Shown one piece after another: positions 1 to 13,099 of a DNA stretch of 64,000 nucleotides. The notes beneath the pieces were generated by a model. That model did not search any database, was not told the DNA's origin, and worked only from the letters and a program-made list of their open reading frames with translations. Origin of the DNA: Octopus sinensis (Eukaryota); the NCBI RefSeq assembly GCF_006345805.1, contig NC_043004.1, positions 60,574,001-60,638,000 on the forward strand, read 5' to 3'. Both the position numbers and the translations under genes were made by a program. Every line of letters begins with the position of its first letter. Position 1 is the first letter of the stretch.

Positions 1-158
1 TCAACTGTCGACTGGTGTTTACTAAAATCATGGTTCCTTTGATAATATTTGAGCGTCAGTAATATTGACAAAGGAACAATATAGTCATACATGATTGAAG
101 TGAGCGTGTAATTGTAGAAGCGCAACATTGATATATAGCTAAGTATCTACGCACTTCT

Positions 159-412
159 GGAGGCGCGTGGCTTAGTGGTTAGGGTGTCAGCATCCTGATC
201 GTAAGATTGTGGTTTCGATTCCTGGACCGGGCGACACGTTGTGTTCTTGAGCAAAACACTTCATTTCACGTTGCTCCAGTCCACTCAGCTGCCAAAAGGT
301 AGTAACGCTGCGATGGACTGGCGTCCCGTCCAGCTGGGGAACGCATACACCATTGACACCGGGGAACCGGGCCAATGTACCTCGCTAGGCTTTAAAAAGG
401 CGCATTTATTTA
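159..412 (+). mobile_element. tRNA-derived SINE, family A (CORE-like body)
   Basis: Head GGAGGCGCGTGGCTTAGTGG (A box) ... GGTTTCGATTCC (B box), then TGTGTTCTTGAGCAAAACACTTCATTTCAC and a TTTA tail; related copies at 7951, 18378 and 49723. Confidence 0.85.
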
Positions 413-1478
413 TTATATGTGTACTTATATGTGTACATACATGCGCTCATATAGGCGTTTTTATACATACACGTTTATACAAGCATGTGAATAAGCATTT
501 TCGTTCACTCCTCTATGCATCTGTGTGACTGTATACTTGTGTGCGTTTGCATTTCATTATGGCGTGTGTGTATGTATGTGTGTTTCTTTACTTAAAGATA
601 TGTGTATGCATATATACACCTATAAGACTGTGGATATTACATTTTATAACAATTGGCTTGATATTGTGTATGTATAAATACGCATAAATATGTACAGTTA
701 TGCTGTGAATATATCCTTGCTTATACATACCCTGCGATTGCTCGATGGTACGGCGGACATTACAAATTACTCTATGAACAAACATTCATCCATTTTGAAA
801 TGTGCATGTAAATACAGAACTGTGGGAATATGTGTGTGAGGAAGAGAAAGGGAAGGAGATGAAACGAAGTATTTTTCTTAGGAGATAGATAGATGTGGTA
901 ATAAAGACGTTGTTTGCAACAACGCATATGCACGCAATTCACCATCGCGATATTGAAATACAAGAATTTTCTACTGTTCACCTTGTAAATCTGCATAGTT
1001 TTCTTATTCGAACTTCATGATCTTTTCTGTTTTTCTTAGAAACCAACTCCTTTGTAGAAAGAATACGCACAGTTAAAAAAATGGACTACGCCATACGTTG
1101 AAACATGAATAGTTACGTACATTCACACAAGTCTATATACATACTTGCCAAAATTTATATACATTATCATACTTGTAGTACAGTTTAATACAGAGCTGTA
1201 TTTATTTATACGTATATAAATATACAAATAATATCTTCAAAAATTTTACGAACGTGCACTATTCAGATACATACATTCTCTAAGTCTTGCTCAAGTTGAG
1301 TGTGAACTGGTCTTCACAAAATTAAGGCAATATATTATAATAGTAAATGGCGGTGCCCCAGCATGGCCACTGCTCGTGAGCTGAAACTAGATAAAATTTT
1401 TAAAATATTTTAAAAAAATAACGTTATAATATAAAGGAAGTTTAATGAGAGTATATATACTACATATATATATGTATA

Positions 1479-1513
<35 letters not shown>

Positions 1514-1601
1514 TATATATATATATATATATTGGTAAATAGATTGATATAAACGCGTACACACATATACATATGTTTATGTATATAATATATATATATA
1601 T

Positions 1602-1812
1602 AACGGGAAGCTTTATGAAAATAAACAAAAGACGAAGGCAGGTGGAATACAAACAAACAATTGTATTAGTATGGTGCTCAGGAATATAAATAAAACAAGT
1701 CTTTTACGTTTCGAGCCTACGCTCTTCAACAGAAAGATACACAGAAAAGAAACACGGAGAGAAACAAGGAGAGAAAAAAATGCGTGCAGAAGCTAGCGAA
1801 TCAACATGGCGA
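1602..1812 (-). mobile_element. Short (TA)n-flanked Penelope pseudo-LTR-like fragment with a minimal hammerhead-like motif
   Basis: Same family recurs at 44316 and 44841; minus strand 1737-1699 reads UCUUU-CUGUUGA-A-GAGCguagGCUC-GAAA-CG-UA-AAAGA. Confidence 0.6.
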
Positions 1813-2145
1813 TTATATATATATAGAAGCACGTGTTCAGCACGCGCATGCACATATGACCTATGTTCATCAGCACACCATTTCTATATATTGCAATAAT
1901 GTGAAATAGTTAGAATTAAGGAAATTGATTCTTGTTGTTGACAAATTTCTATTATAGCCTCGCATATTTTTTTACGAACCGTACTACTATAAATTAATAT
2001 GCGTGTGTGCTTTAGCATGTGTATATATGCGTCCGCAATTTCATGAATTTTCTAATGCTTAGTGATCATATGAACATGTATGTGTGTGTAACTGTGTTTG
2101 ATTGTGTGTGTATACATACATACATACAAACATACATCATACACA

Positions 2146-2687
2146 TCTATTATATAAAATCCGTTCTATATGTGTGTTTGTTCTAGGATCTCGAGCATCC
2201 TGCATCCGATTGTGCTCAAATTTGATATGTACATACCGACGGTGTCAGGGTATATAGGTCTTGAAAAAATTACAAAAATCGATTCCAGGTGAGAATGCGA
2301 TCGATAAAGCCGTGGGAACGTGCATTTGTACGCACAAGTACATCAGCTGTTGCGACTATGCTACGCGTACGCGAGAAAAATGTAGGTGCAGTTTGCGCAA
2401 AACACGCCGGTTGGCTTGAAACGGTGCTACAATATGCAGAATATTTAAGAGACCAAAAAAATAAGATTCAAAAGAGATATTTTCTTCAAACTTGGCATGA
2501 AGAAAGGAAAGACTATTTGGTTTCTCAAGAAGTTTCTTTTTGTCTTAATTTCGTTTAACAAAACCAAAAATTTTATTGAAATAAAGGCATGCTTAATTAT
2601 GTTTTAATGAAAAGAAAACACTGACTGCTTTTTATGCAGCCGATATGATGTCTCACATCGTCCAATGGACGGGAGGCGTTTTGCTCG
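2146..2687 (+). mobile_element. Non-autonomous Helitron
   Basis: 5' TCTATTATATAAAAT preceded by A; 3' hairpin CGTCCAATGGACG then CTCG followed by T; homologous to 16559-16933. Confidence 0.75.
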
Positions 2688-3180
2688 TAGATAGATAAAT
2701 ATTATATATGCATGGATATGTGTGTCTGCATATGTATTATGTATTTATGTATTATTATGTATGTATGTATGTAGGTATGTATATATGTATGTAAGTATAT
2801 ATGTATGTACATTGTTGACTTCATAAGATTGTAAGAGTATGAAATGGAGAAACTTTAAGAATATCATTTTCCTTTAGTTTCTTCTCTCGAATCTTTTGGG
2901 AGATGAATTCGAGTGACTAGGCAGTCAAAAGGCAGAATAGGGGAGAATGTTAAACGAAGCTTTTGTATGATATGGAATTTTCTGCAGGCGACTTGTTAAG
3001 GGATTAAAATAACTGGAAGAGTTCCGAAAATTGTTGAAAGAACTCAGAAAGTGACAGAAGGCGTTATAGAAAGTGCAAATAAATGAATGATTTCAAGAAT
3101 ATTTTTCACATTAGATTCTGTAGAAGATTGAGATTGTTAGCTCAACAATTTTTCACACACACACACATACACACACACAA

Positions 3181-3558
3181 GTAGCTTCCTTACGAAGTAT
3201 ATGGTTCCGGATTCAGTCCCACTGCGTGGCACCTTGGGCAAGAGTCTTCTACTATAGCCTCGGGTCAACCAAAGGACTGTGAGTGGATTTGGTAGACGGA
3301 AACTGAAAGATGCCTGTCTTATATATGTATATATCTATGCATGTTTGTGTATATGTTTGTGTGTCTGTGTTTGTCCCCTCAACATTACTTGACAACCGAT
3401 GCTGGTGTGTTTACGTCCCCGTAACTTAGCGCTTCCGCAAAAGAGATCGATAGAATAAGTACTAGGCTTACAAAGAATAAGTCCTGGGGTTGATTTTCTC
3501 GACTAAAAGGCGGTGTTTCAGCATGGCCGTAGTCAAATGATTGAAACAAGTAAAAGAG

Positions 3559-3560
<2 letters not shown>
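3181..3560 (+). mobile_element. tRNA-derived SINE, family B (5'-truncated)
   Basis: GGTTCCGGATTCAGTCCCACTGCGTGGCACCTTGGGCAAG ... internal TA/TG microsatellite ... GAAACAAGTAAAAGAGTAA tail; matches 11530-11945. Confidence 0.85.
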
Positions 3561-3599
<39 letters not shown>

Positions 3600-4208
3600 T
3601 ACAAAAAGGGAATGAAATCGATATACAAGGAACTATAATTATATATTGCTCAACTGAAAATACAAATGCTATTTCGAAATCTTTTATTGGATTAACATCG
3701 AACTAATTTAAAATACAATATGCTCTAAGTATCAATCATTCAGGATTCATCTCGGAGCCAACAACAAAACCTGAAATTTTATGTGGAGTCTTAAGTTATT
3801 TTAAAAACGCTTTTAGATTAAAAGTGATCTCATGTGTATTTTTGTAAAGCATATAAACACTACAACGAGTTGTGCACCAAGGAATAGTTAGAGATCTTAT
3901 GAGTTTTGTACTTACTTCATATGTAAAATATACTCATATAGAACTCAAATACAGGAATATCTAAAATCTAAATATATGCATGTGCATTTATGACATATCT
4001 CCATCTAAGAATTAGTATACAATGTCAGCATATGTCGGTACATGTTTTAACGTCCGTATACATGTATGTGTCTATGCGAGCGTGTGAGTATGTTTGTATA
4101 TCTATCTAACTTTCATGTTTCTGATGGTGCTTTTCTCTCAATTTCATATTCTTTCCTTTCTGTGGATTTCTCCTTTTATATTCAAATTCATTTATTATTT
4201 ATTTAATA

Positions 4209-4250
<42 letters not shown>

Positions 4251-5614
4251 AGGTTATTACACCTAACTTTTCATAAAATTCTCATGATTTCTGAGCCGAA
4301 CATAGGTAATTTCTGATTTTTTCTCAACTTTTCTTCCGTTATTTCAATAACAACTTCCTTTTTATTTTTATTTGGTTCATTTACAATGTATTTTTAAAAA
4401 TCCATTGAATCTTTTTTTATATTTATTGTTGCAGACTTTGCATTCTGCCTTTTTAATTTTTGTGTATGTTCGTATGAATTTCTTTTACAGTTCTTTTCCA
4501 TTTGCCTTTTTTTTTAATGTTTAAAGATTAAAATCGGAAATCGAAACAGCTGAGAAAATAATGTTCATAGCACTGGATGATAACAATACGCTAGCAGCAA
4601 CAACACAAGTAGTTACAATATCAATGGCAAAGGCAGCTGTTGCATCAACAATATGTATGATAGATTCAAAAACAACCACAACAACACGAAATACTTGGGA
4701 GAATTTACGCCGTTGTCTGGAACTAATAGAAAAAACAGCTACTTATCCGTTAAATCACTCGCAACTTGCTGTATAATAAAATGAAGAACGCGTTGAGTAA
4801 CAAAGTTTTGAGTATTTTCTTTAGATAAATTTCTTGGACCAATTGCCAACACGATCAGCTCGATATTGAAGATAAATAACAGAACAACAGCAACTACAAG
4901 GAAAAAAAAGCCCCAGCAGTGTAAAAGATTCTACGGGTATGCACTTCGAGGGATAACAAGGAAATCTCCCTCAAATCGCATATTACTATCGAGAGAAATG
5001 GAAATATTATAGATCGTTATCCCGAATGTGTAATGTTTAAAAAGATTATCACAGATGGATAAGATTTCAGCTCAACTCAATGAAGCATGGATTAATGACA
5101 TAAAATAACAATAACAATAGCCGAAGCAGCTGCAAAACTAACAACGCTGAAGTCAATATTAACGATTACAATAAGACAAAAGAAGAAACGGCAAATTGAC
5201 AGAAATCAAGGACCTTGGCCCCGAAACCTTGTGCTATTTACCCGGTTCTTTTTATTGTGACTTCAGATTCTTGCATCGCCTGATCGGGAGGTAGATCGCC
5301 AGTTTATATGCCTCCTACCGGCATGTTGTGTTACAAACATTTGGGCTGTCTCTACATCCTGTCTCGCTGGCCCTGTAAATAGCAAATTTCAGCTCATAGT
5401 CTCAGGACACAAAGATGAAAAGGAAAGCAAATAAAATACACCGTATACTGTAACATTCGTTTAGACTTATACAGCGCATTTAGCGATCTGGGTCCTCTTA
5501 ATCACTGGTTGCAATTCATTTGGGTTTCTTATAAAACTTCTATGTATTTTCAACAATATATTTTCAACATTCAGGCCAACACTTTAACAGCCTGGTTATG
5601 CAACCATGTATATA

Positions 5615-6842
5615 TAGGGGCTGGACAAAATAATGGAAACACCTAGCATCATAATTTTGAAGTATATATAAAACCGTCAAAAGTTGGTTTATTTTTATGT
5701 CTTTGGTGTATTACTAGTGTTGCCTAATATGTTTTCCTAAAATTGCTGTTTCTTTTCAGGTATTATCAGAATAAGGTAATTAAAATTCATTAAAATGACA
5801 GATCTATCACACCTTCGAAGAGGTAAAATTGTTGGTGATCGTATGGCAGGCGCTAGCGTAACGAAAACAGTGGAAATGTTTGGTGCATCAAGAAAGTAAT
5901 GACAGCCTTTGAGAAAAAGGGAAAAACCCCCGTCGAAACCAAAATCTGGAAGAAAACCAAAACTTTCAGACAGGTACCGTCCGACTCTTACGCGAATTGT
6001 TAGGAAAGATCAAAAAAGTACAGCTCTCAAAACTATAGCAGAGATTAATGACCACCTTGAGAATCCAGTTTCCACAAAAAACTGTTCGCTGGGAGCTGCA
6101 CAAAGCCGGATTTCACGGGTGAGCTGCAATCAGAAAACCACTACTTTCAAAAACAAATGTTGTAAAGCGTTTAGAGTTAAGTAAAAACGTACAGAAATGG
6201 TCCCTAGAGCAGTGGAAGAAAGCTATTTTCTCAGACGAGTCATCCTTTGCGTTATTTCCAACCACCGGCCAAGTATACGTGTAGAGAAAGCCAAAAGAAA
6301 CATTTGACCCAGACTTCCTTCTTCCAACTGTTAAACATGGAGGATGATTGTGCTGATCTAGGGGTGGGAGCTGTATCTTTGAAATCCGCCGACCCAATGC
6401 TTTCCCTTCACGGCAGTCAATAGTGTTTAAGTATTTTATCTTATCAAATTCGTCCTATGGTTGCGGGACTGTTTCCGGAGGAAAACGCAATCTTTCAGGA
6501 TGATAATGCACCAGTTCACACAGCTAAGGTTGTTACTGAATGGCACGAGGAACATTCTAGTGAAGTTGAACATCTTATCTGGCCACCACAGTCTTCAGAT
6601 CTCAATATTATTGAACATTTATGGTGCATTTCAGAAAAACAAGTAAGGAGCCGATATCCTCCACCATCATCCCTACAGTAACTGGAGACTCTTTTAGCTG
6701 AAGAATGGACAAAAATTCATTTGGAAACAATTGAAACTTGTAGAATTCAAGCTGTATTTACTGCCAAAGGTGGTCCTACCCCCATATTAAAATAAATTTG
6801 CTTGAAATTTTAAGGTGTCTCCATTATCTTGTCCAACCACTG
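5615..6842 (+). mobile_element. Tc1-like DNA transposon, full length, defective
   Basis: ~29-bp imperfect TIRs (TAGGGGCTGGACAAAATAATGGAAACACC / GGTGTCTCCATTATCTTGTCCAACCACTG), TA flanks, transposase relic inside. Confidence 0.93.
5795..6790 (+). pseudogene. Tc1 transposase pseudogene (frameshifts and stops), DD36E
   Basis: MTDLSHLRRGKIVG..., SGRKPKLS (GRPR-like), IFSDESSF, IFQDDNAPVH, WPPQSSDLNIIEHLW spread over several frames. Confidence 0.9.
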
Positions 6843-6866
6843 TATATATATATATATACATACATA

Positions 6867-6898
<32 letters not shown>

Positions 6899-7950
6899 CA
6901 TATATATATTTACATATATATATACATATAGAAAATAGTAAAAAGTGAAAAAACTACAGAAGGCTTGTTTTAAAAGGTTAAAATATATATATATATAAGA
7001 CTGACCCAGCACGATTAGTGATCTGGCTTCTCTTAATCACTGGTTACAATTCATTTGCATTTCTTATAAACTTTCTATGTATTTTCAACTCCGAAATGCA
7101 GGATCACAAATAGGGCATCAAATCTTAATTTATATTAATCCCTTCTCTGCTGTACCATTAAAAAGGAAATTGTTATATTAATGAATAATTATTAGTTACA
7201 CCACTGTAAGTGTCTGTATGCGTATTGATGGTGGAACGTACTGCGGGGTCGTTGCTGTCCTTGAACTCTACACGCCACAAAAAAACCTACAGACACAGAC
7301 AAAACGTATATACATTTATACATACATATATACATGTTCATGTATATACGTAAGTAAATATGTGTGTCTATTACTCTCTTTCATATCCTCTCTCTCTCTC
7401 TCCCTCACACACAAACACACATGTATACTCACACATTTCGTAGCAGTCAAAGCAGTTTTGTTTTCATAGATAAATAGATATTGGGCTACTGGTAATCATT
7501 CTTCGTGTAATATCTCCTACTCGAGTGGCCGACAATAAAACCAATTACCAAGTGAGATTCGTAATTAAAGTCTTCATTCACAATTAAAACTTGTGAACGA
7601 AGTCTTTGTCTTCCAAAAGTATCTATATGTTGGAGCAAATGAGGTGAGGATTGATTACCACCAACATTACTAAGACCAATATAAATAACTCGGATTTAAG
7701 TCATATCGGTATTTATATTTATACCTGATTCCTCGGAGATAAAATGCTCCAGTTCACTTAATTGTTGTCAGTCAACAGACTTGTGTTTCATCCTGAGGTG
7801 GAGTTGTATGATACACTCACAGTTACATAAAGGTCCGGAATAAAAGGTTCATGGATTTTGATGTAGGTAATATTGTTATTGATTTTCAAGTAAAAGAATA
7901 TCGGAGCTTCTATGTACAGAAGGTGAGATAAAGATCCACAGTTATAGAAT

Positions 7951-8253
7951 TTCTTCGTCGCCCTTTTCAAGCCTAGCCAGGCTCATGGGCCCGGTTTTCC
8001 GGTTTCTGTGGCGTATGTGTTCCGCTCAGCTGGACGGGATGCCAGTCCATTGCAGCGTTACTCAAGAAACAGGAAGAGAGAGTGATAGGAAGTTGGGGCG
8101 AAAGAGTACAACAGGGGTCACCACCATCCCCTGCCGGAGCCTCGTGGAGGTGTTTTCGCTAAATAGACATACACAACACCCGACCTGGGAATCGAAACCG
8201 TGATCCTCTGACAGCGAGTCCGCTGCCCTAACTACTGGGCCATTGCGCCTCCA
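7951..8253 (-). mobile_element. tRNA-derived SINE, family A-related
   Basis: Reverse complement begins GGAGGCGCAATGGCCCAGTAGTTAGGG ... GGTTTCGATTCCC; shares the GGACTGGCATCCCGTCCAGCTG segment with 159-412. Confidence 0.8.
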
Positions 8254-8729
8254 CGCACAGTTACAGAATACATAACTTTATTCTGCATATTACGTTGATG
8301 GTTGGGTCAAACATGAGGAAATATAAAAGCATTTGTCATAAATACAACAGATAATTCTAAACTTTAGTTGAATTCTCATTTTCAAGCCTTCAGTTCTAAG
8401 AAACACTGAATAATTATTTTATGCCACCTCCTAAAATAATAAAACGTGAGAATGAGTCAATTCGATTGAAGAAGAAAAAGATAACATGCAAATAATTTCA
8501 AAAGGTAGTATATTAACAATAGGTATCAAAGAAATCTCATTCTGCATCACGAATAAACTTTATAATGAAGTCAATTGCCATTTACATGTTAAACACAGAG
8601 GCAGTGGCACTATTATTTTACTTCTAACTCATAAAAGAGGGTAGGATGGTGTCTCTATTAATATGCAAAGACTTATTTGGGAAAATATTTAATGGTTTAT
8701 ATTTGTGCATATGCGCTTATACAGATGTG

Positions 8730-9150
8730 TTTTCTTATTTCTTTATTGCAAACAAGGGACAAAACACAGCGGGGACAAACAAGGACAGACAAACGGATTA
8801 AGTCGATTATATCAACCCCAGTGTGTAACTGGTACTTATTTAATCGACCACGACAGGATGAAAGGCAAAGTCGACCTCGGTGGAATTTGAACTCAGAACG
8901 TAGCGGCAGACGAAATACTTATTTCTTTACTACCCACAAGGGGCTAAACACAGAGAAGACAAACAAGGACAGACAAACGGATTAAGTCGATTATATCGAC
9001 CTCAGTGCGTAACTGGTACTTATTTAATCGACCCCGAAATGATGAAAGGCAAAGTCGACCTCGGCAGAATTTGAACTCAGAACATAACGGCAGACGAAAT
9101 ACTCCTAAGTATCTGACCCTGCGTGGTAACATTTCTGCCAGCTCGCTGCC
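8730..9150 (-). mobile_element. Family C SINE (Nin/Deu-like domain), tandem dimer
   Basis: Two copies of ACTGGTACTTATTTAATCGAC...GATGAAAGGCAAAGTCGACCTCGG; reverse complement resembles the Nin/Deu core CCTTTCATCCTT.CGGGGTCGAT. Confidence 0.8.
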
Positions 9151-10548
9151 TTCTGTGTCTTCTCGAGTGTGCGCATGCGAACGCGTGTGTATGTGTATGT
9201 GTGTATATGTGTACATGCGTGGGTGTTTATGTGTGTAAATTTACATACATATATGCAATTATATGCATGCGTATTTATGTGCGCGTATATGTGTCTCAGT
9301 ATCAGAGCGTATGTGCGCGTGTGCATGTGTGTGTATGTGCGTGAGAGAGAGGCTTTGTATGTGTACGTGTGCAAGTGTGTGTACTTTTCACTCTTTCAAA
9401 ATCTCTCTGAAGTCCCTCTGGCCGCCTAGTAAGTCAGCCATTGTGAATGACAAACTAAAATATTTGCATTCATTTTGAATGACTTTCGAAATACACAAAT
9501 AAAGGCAGCACCCGCAACGGCAGCTGCAGTCGCAATGCCAGCAGCAGCCGCAACGGCAACGGCAGTATATTATCCAATGAGCTGTCTTGAGATGTATTGA
9601 GTGACAGAAAGACTTATCTTTATTTAATCGCATATTGTCATAGTGTATATCCTTACTTTTGTTGTTTCCAACGCTATGTATATAAATCTTTAAACACACG
9701 TCAGCTCCTATATCGACGTGGGCACAGTTTTGTATATTTTCAGGACCATAGCATATAATTCTCTTTTCTTATTAAAAACAGACATGCTTCTAACTGTGTG
9801 TTGTTATTAAATAAAACCATTTGCCGATTAGCCAAGTCCAAGAACATACTCTTTCTATTAGAGTCACGCTATTCTTTGTCAAAGATTCCCAAGCCGGAGC
9901 ATCAGAAATGAACGAAGCCGAGTTAAGTTAACTCGTCTTAATACTTATTTGTGCTCCTTATGATTACATCACAAGATATCGTGACTTATGAGATGAGCAA
10001 GTTATTATGTTTATCCATCGTTGCAATAATCATATGGTGGTGCTATTCAGTGTATTAAATGAAGGTTCCATTGAGATTAAAGATTATACGAAATCTATCG
10101 ACAATAATAATATTCATATCATTAGAATTGGAAATTGGAAATCTAAATAATACGGAAGAAGATTTGTTACCAGATTATGGATGGCAATGGTAACATGCTT
10201 CATAATTCTAAAGATAAGGAGAATAAGCCATTGATTTCATTACTGATAACAACGATTTTGATACCTTCGCTATTCAGTCTGTCATTCACAGTTCGTCAAT
10301 ACATATGGCATATTTTGAAAGTAATCCTTATTTTATGGATTATGAATCACCCTCGATAATGTCGCTATCTGCTCTGCTGGAGATGATGATGATGATGATG
10401 ATGATGATGATAATGTGAAGTGGGAGGAGAGGAGGAGTAAGGGAATATAAGAGATAAGGAGGGTAATGATGAAGGGATGACCGGCACTCGCAGGTAGTAG
10501 TAGTAGTAGTAGTAGTAGATTAAAAGTAAGAAGTGTCTAAGAATGTGG

Positions 10549-10696
10549 AAGAAGAAGAAGAAGAAGTAGAAGAAGAAGAAGAAGAAGAAGAAGAAGAAGA
10601 AGAAGAAGAAGAAGAAGAAGAAGAAGAAGAAGAAGAAGAAGAAGAAGAAGAAGAAGAAGAAGAAGAAGAAGAAGAAGAAGAAGAAGAAGAAGAAGA
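10549..10696 (+). repeat. (GAA)n microsatellite
   Basis: Near-perfect GAA run; explains the poly-E and poly-F ORFs. Confidence 0.97.
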
Positions 10697-11006
10697 TAAT
10701 CTTGTGTTTCCTGTTCATGGTGAAACTTTTTGTGTATAGATAAGAAAGGTAACTTGAGTTTACGATTTTTTTGTCAGTTACCATTATTAATGCTACAGCT
10801 ACTAGCAGAATATTTATGCTTATACATCGGTGTTTCTTCATCTTTCATATATATATATAGAGATATGTGTGTTTTTGTGTGTGTATGTACATATCAAGTA
10901 TGTATATAAAGATGTGTATGTGTGTATATATATATATAAATATACATATATATACTTATACATATATATATATAAATATATGTATGCATATATTTATATA
11001 TGCACA

Positions 11007-11053
<47 letters not shown>

Positions 11054-11293
11054 GTATATATATATATATACATAAGAAAATGAAGAGAATAAACAATTGA
11101 CAAACATCAGCCTGTAAACATTCGGTTATATCTAGTTATTAATTAATTACAATCATATGTATAAGTGATCCAAATAAATGAATGAAGTAAGCAAATAAAT
11201 AAGTAAATAAAGAGATAAATAAAAATAAACGAATAAGAATAAATGCGTTTATAAATACTAAACTCTCACAGGTGTTTCTACCATGGGGTTGCC

Positions 11294-12072
11294 CAATCTT
11301 TTAAGAGTTTTCCGTATCACGCCTATGATATACATGGATTTTACAAAGGTTGAACTGACATTGGACATTGGTTGGGCAATGGCTGAACCCCAAGTCTTCA
11401 TCAGAAAGACCAAATGTTAGGAAACTATCATGTGGGGAAAAAGGTAAAATAAAAATATCTTAACATATTATGTTATCGTATTTCCCATTTTTATTTTAAT
11501 TTACTTTATTTTAAAATACTTCCCAACATAGGCGCAGGAGTGGCTGTGTGGTAAGTAGCTTGCTAACCAACCACATGGTTGCGGGTTCAGTCCCACTGCG
11601 TGGCATCTTGGGCAAGTGTCTTCTGCTATAGGCCCGGGCCGACCAATGCCTTGTGAGTGGATTTGGTAGACGGAAACTGAAAGAAGCCTGTCGTATATAT
11701 GTGTATATATATATATATGTGTGTGTGTGTGTTTGTGTGTCTGTGCTTGTCCCCCTAGCATTGCTTGACAACCGATGCTGGTGTGTCTACGTCCCCGCCA
11801 CTTAGCGGTTCGGCAAAAGAGACCGATAGAATAAGTACTGGGCTTACAAAGAATAAGTTCCGGGGTCGATTTGATCGACTAAAGGCGGTGCTCCAGCATG
11901 GCCGCAGTCAAATGACTGAAACAAGTAAAAGAGTAAAAGAGAGAGAGAACATGTTAGTCTCACTGATAAAGCCTTTGGGGCTGAACCATTGCCCAAACCC
12001 TGTCTAATGTCAGTTCAACCTTTGTAAAATCCCTGTATATCACGGGCGTGATGTGGAAAACTTAGAAGATTG
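11294..12072. repeat. Diverged ~125-bp inverted repeat pair flanking a SINE
   Basis: 11294-11419 is the reverse complement of 11948-12072 (e.g. TTTTACAAAGGTTGAACTGACATT / AATGTCAGTTCAACCTTTGTAAAA). Confidence 0.8.
11530..11945 (+). mobile_element. tRNA-derived SINE, family B, full length
   Basis: GGCGCAGGAGTGGCTGTGTGGTAAG (A box), GGGTTCAGTCCC (B box), (GTAAAAGA)n tail. Confidence 0.9.
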
Positions 12073-12304
12073 TTTGTCGGTTGTTTATCCTCTCCATTTT
12101 CTAATTTGCCTTATAAATTCTGAGTAAATTTCTGCTTTACCCACAACCATACCTACTATTCAATTGCGATAGTGCCCTGTAATAGTAAGCACTTGGGTTT
12201 AAATACGTAGATATACATCCAGTAATATATTGGATATTTACGATCCCTTAGATGGTTCCTTCACCTCTAACTCATAGATAGATAGGTAGATAGATAGATA
12301 GATA

Positions 12305-12635
12305 TGTTTCTTTATTAGCCACACAGGGCTGCACACAGATAGAACAAATTACAAGGTAGAGCTTTTCTTTTGAAGGTTTAAAAAAAAAAAGGAAGGGGGA
12401 GTTTCGATCAAAAGGGATCGTAAAAGGAGAGAAAGAGGACAAAAAAAGGGGGGTTAAAAAAAAAGGGGGAGAGGAAAAAAAAAATTGATCAATAGGGATC
12501 GTTATCACAGAAATGTCAATATGAAGTGTAAAGGGGAGGACAGGTGAGGTTTACCCGTGGAAAGAAAAGCCTACGGAAAAGACCACGGTAACCTTGGTCA
12601 ATGGAGTCACATGTTATATTTCTTTTTTTTTTTTT

Positions 12636-12636
<1 letters not shown>
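12305..12636 (-). mobile_element. Probable LINE 3' UTR fragment inserted in (GATA)n
   Basis: Non-repetitive segment bounded on both sides by (GATA)n; minus strand ends GGCTAATAAAGAAACA-(TATC)n. Confidence 0.45.
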
Positions 12637-12690
<54 letters not shown>

Positions 12691-12755
12691 GTTGCTAGGT
12701 AGATACATGAATACATACATACATGCATGCATACATACATACATACATACATAGA

Positions 12756-12787
<32 letters not shown>

Positions 12788-13047
12788 AGTGCATGTATTA
12801 TATAGGTGGAGTTTTCTAGCAAGTTTTTTGCATGTCGAATGAAACATATCCTTGCCCACGAGCACGCGTGCACACCCTGGCACACTTATCTTCATTATAT
12901 AAATATATGAATATATTATTGTTTGTGCATATGTATTTCCGTGTTTATACACCCAAATACACCCCAACACACACTACAAAGCGGGAGAGGTGAGTGTAGA
13001 AGAAATACATATACATTCATACACAGAAAAAAATATACTACCATATG

Positions 13048-13099
<52 letters not shown>

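Noticed and set aside
159-235. tRNA gene-like A/B boxes here and at 11530 and 49723
   Set aside because: They are SINE heads that continue into repeat bodies, not tRNA genes
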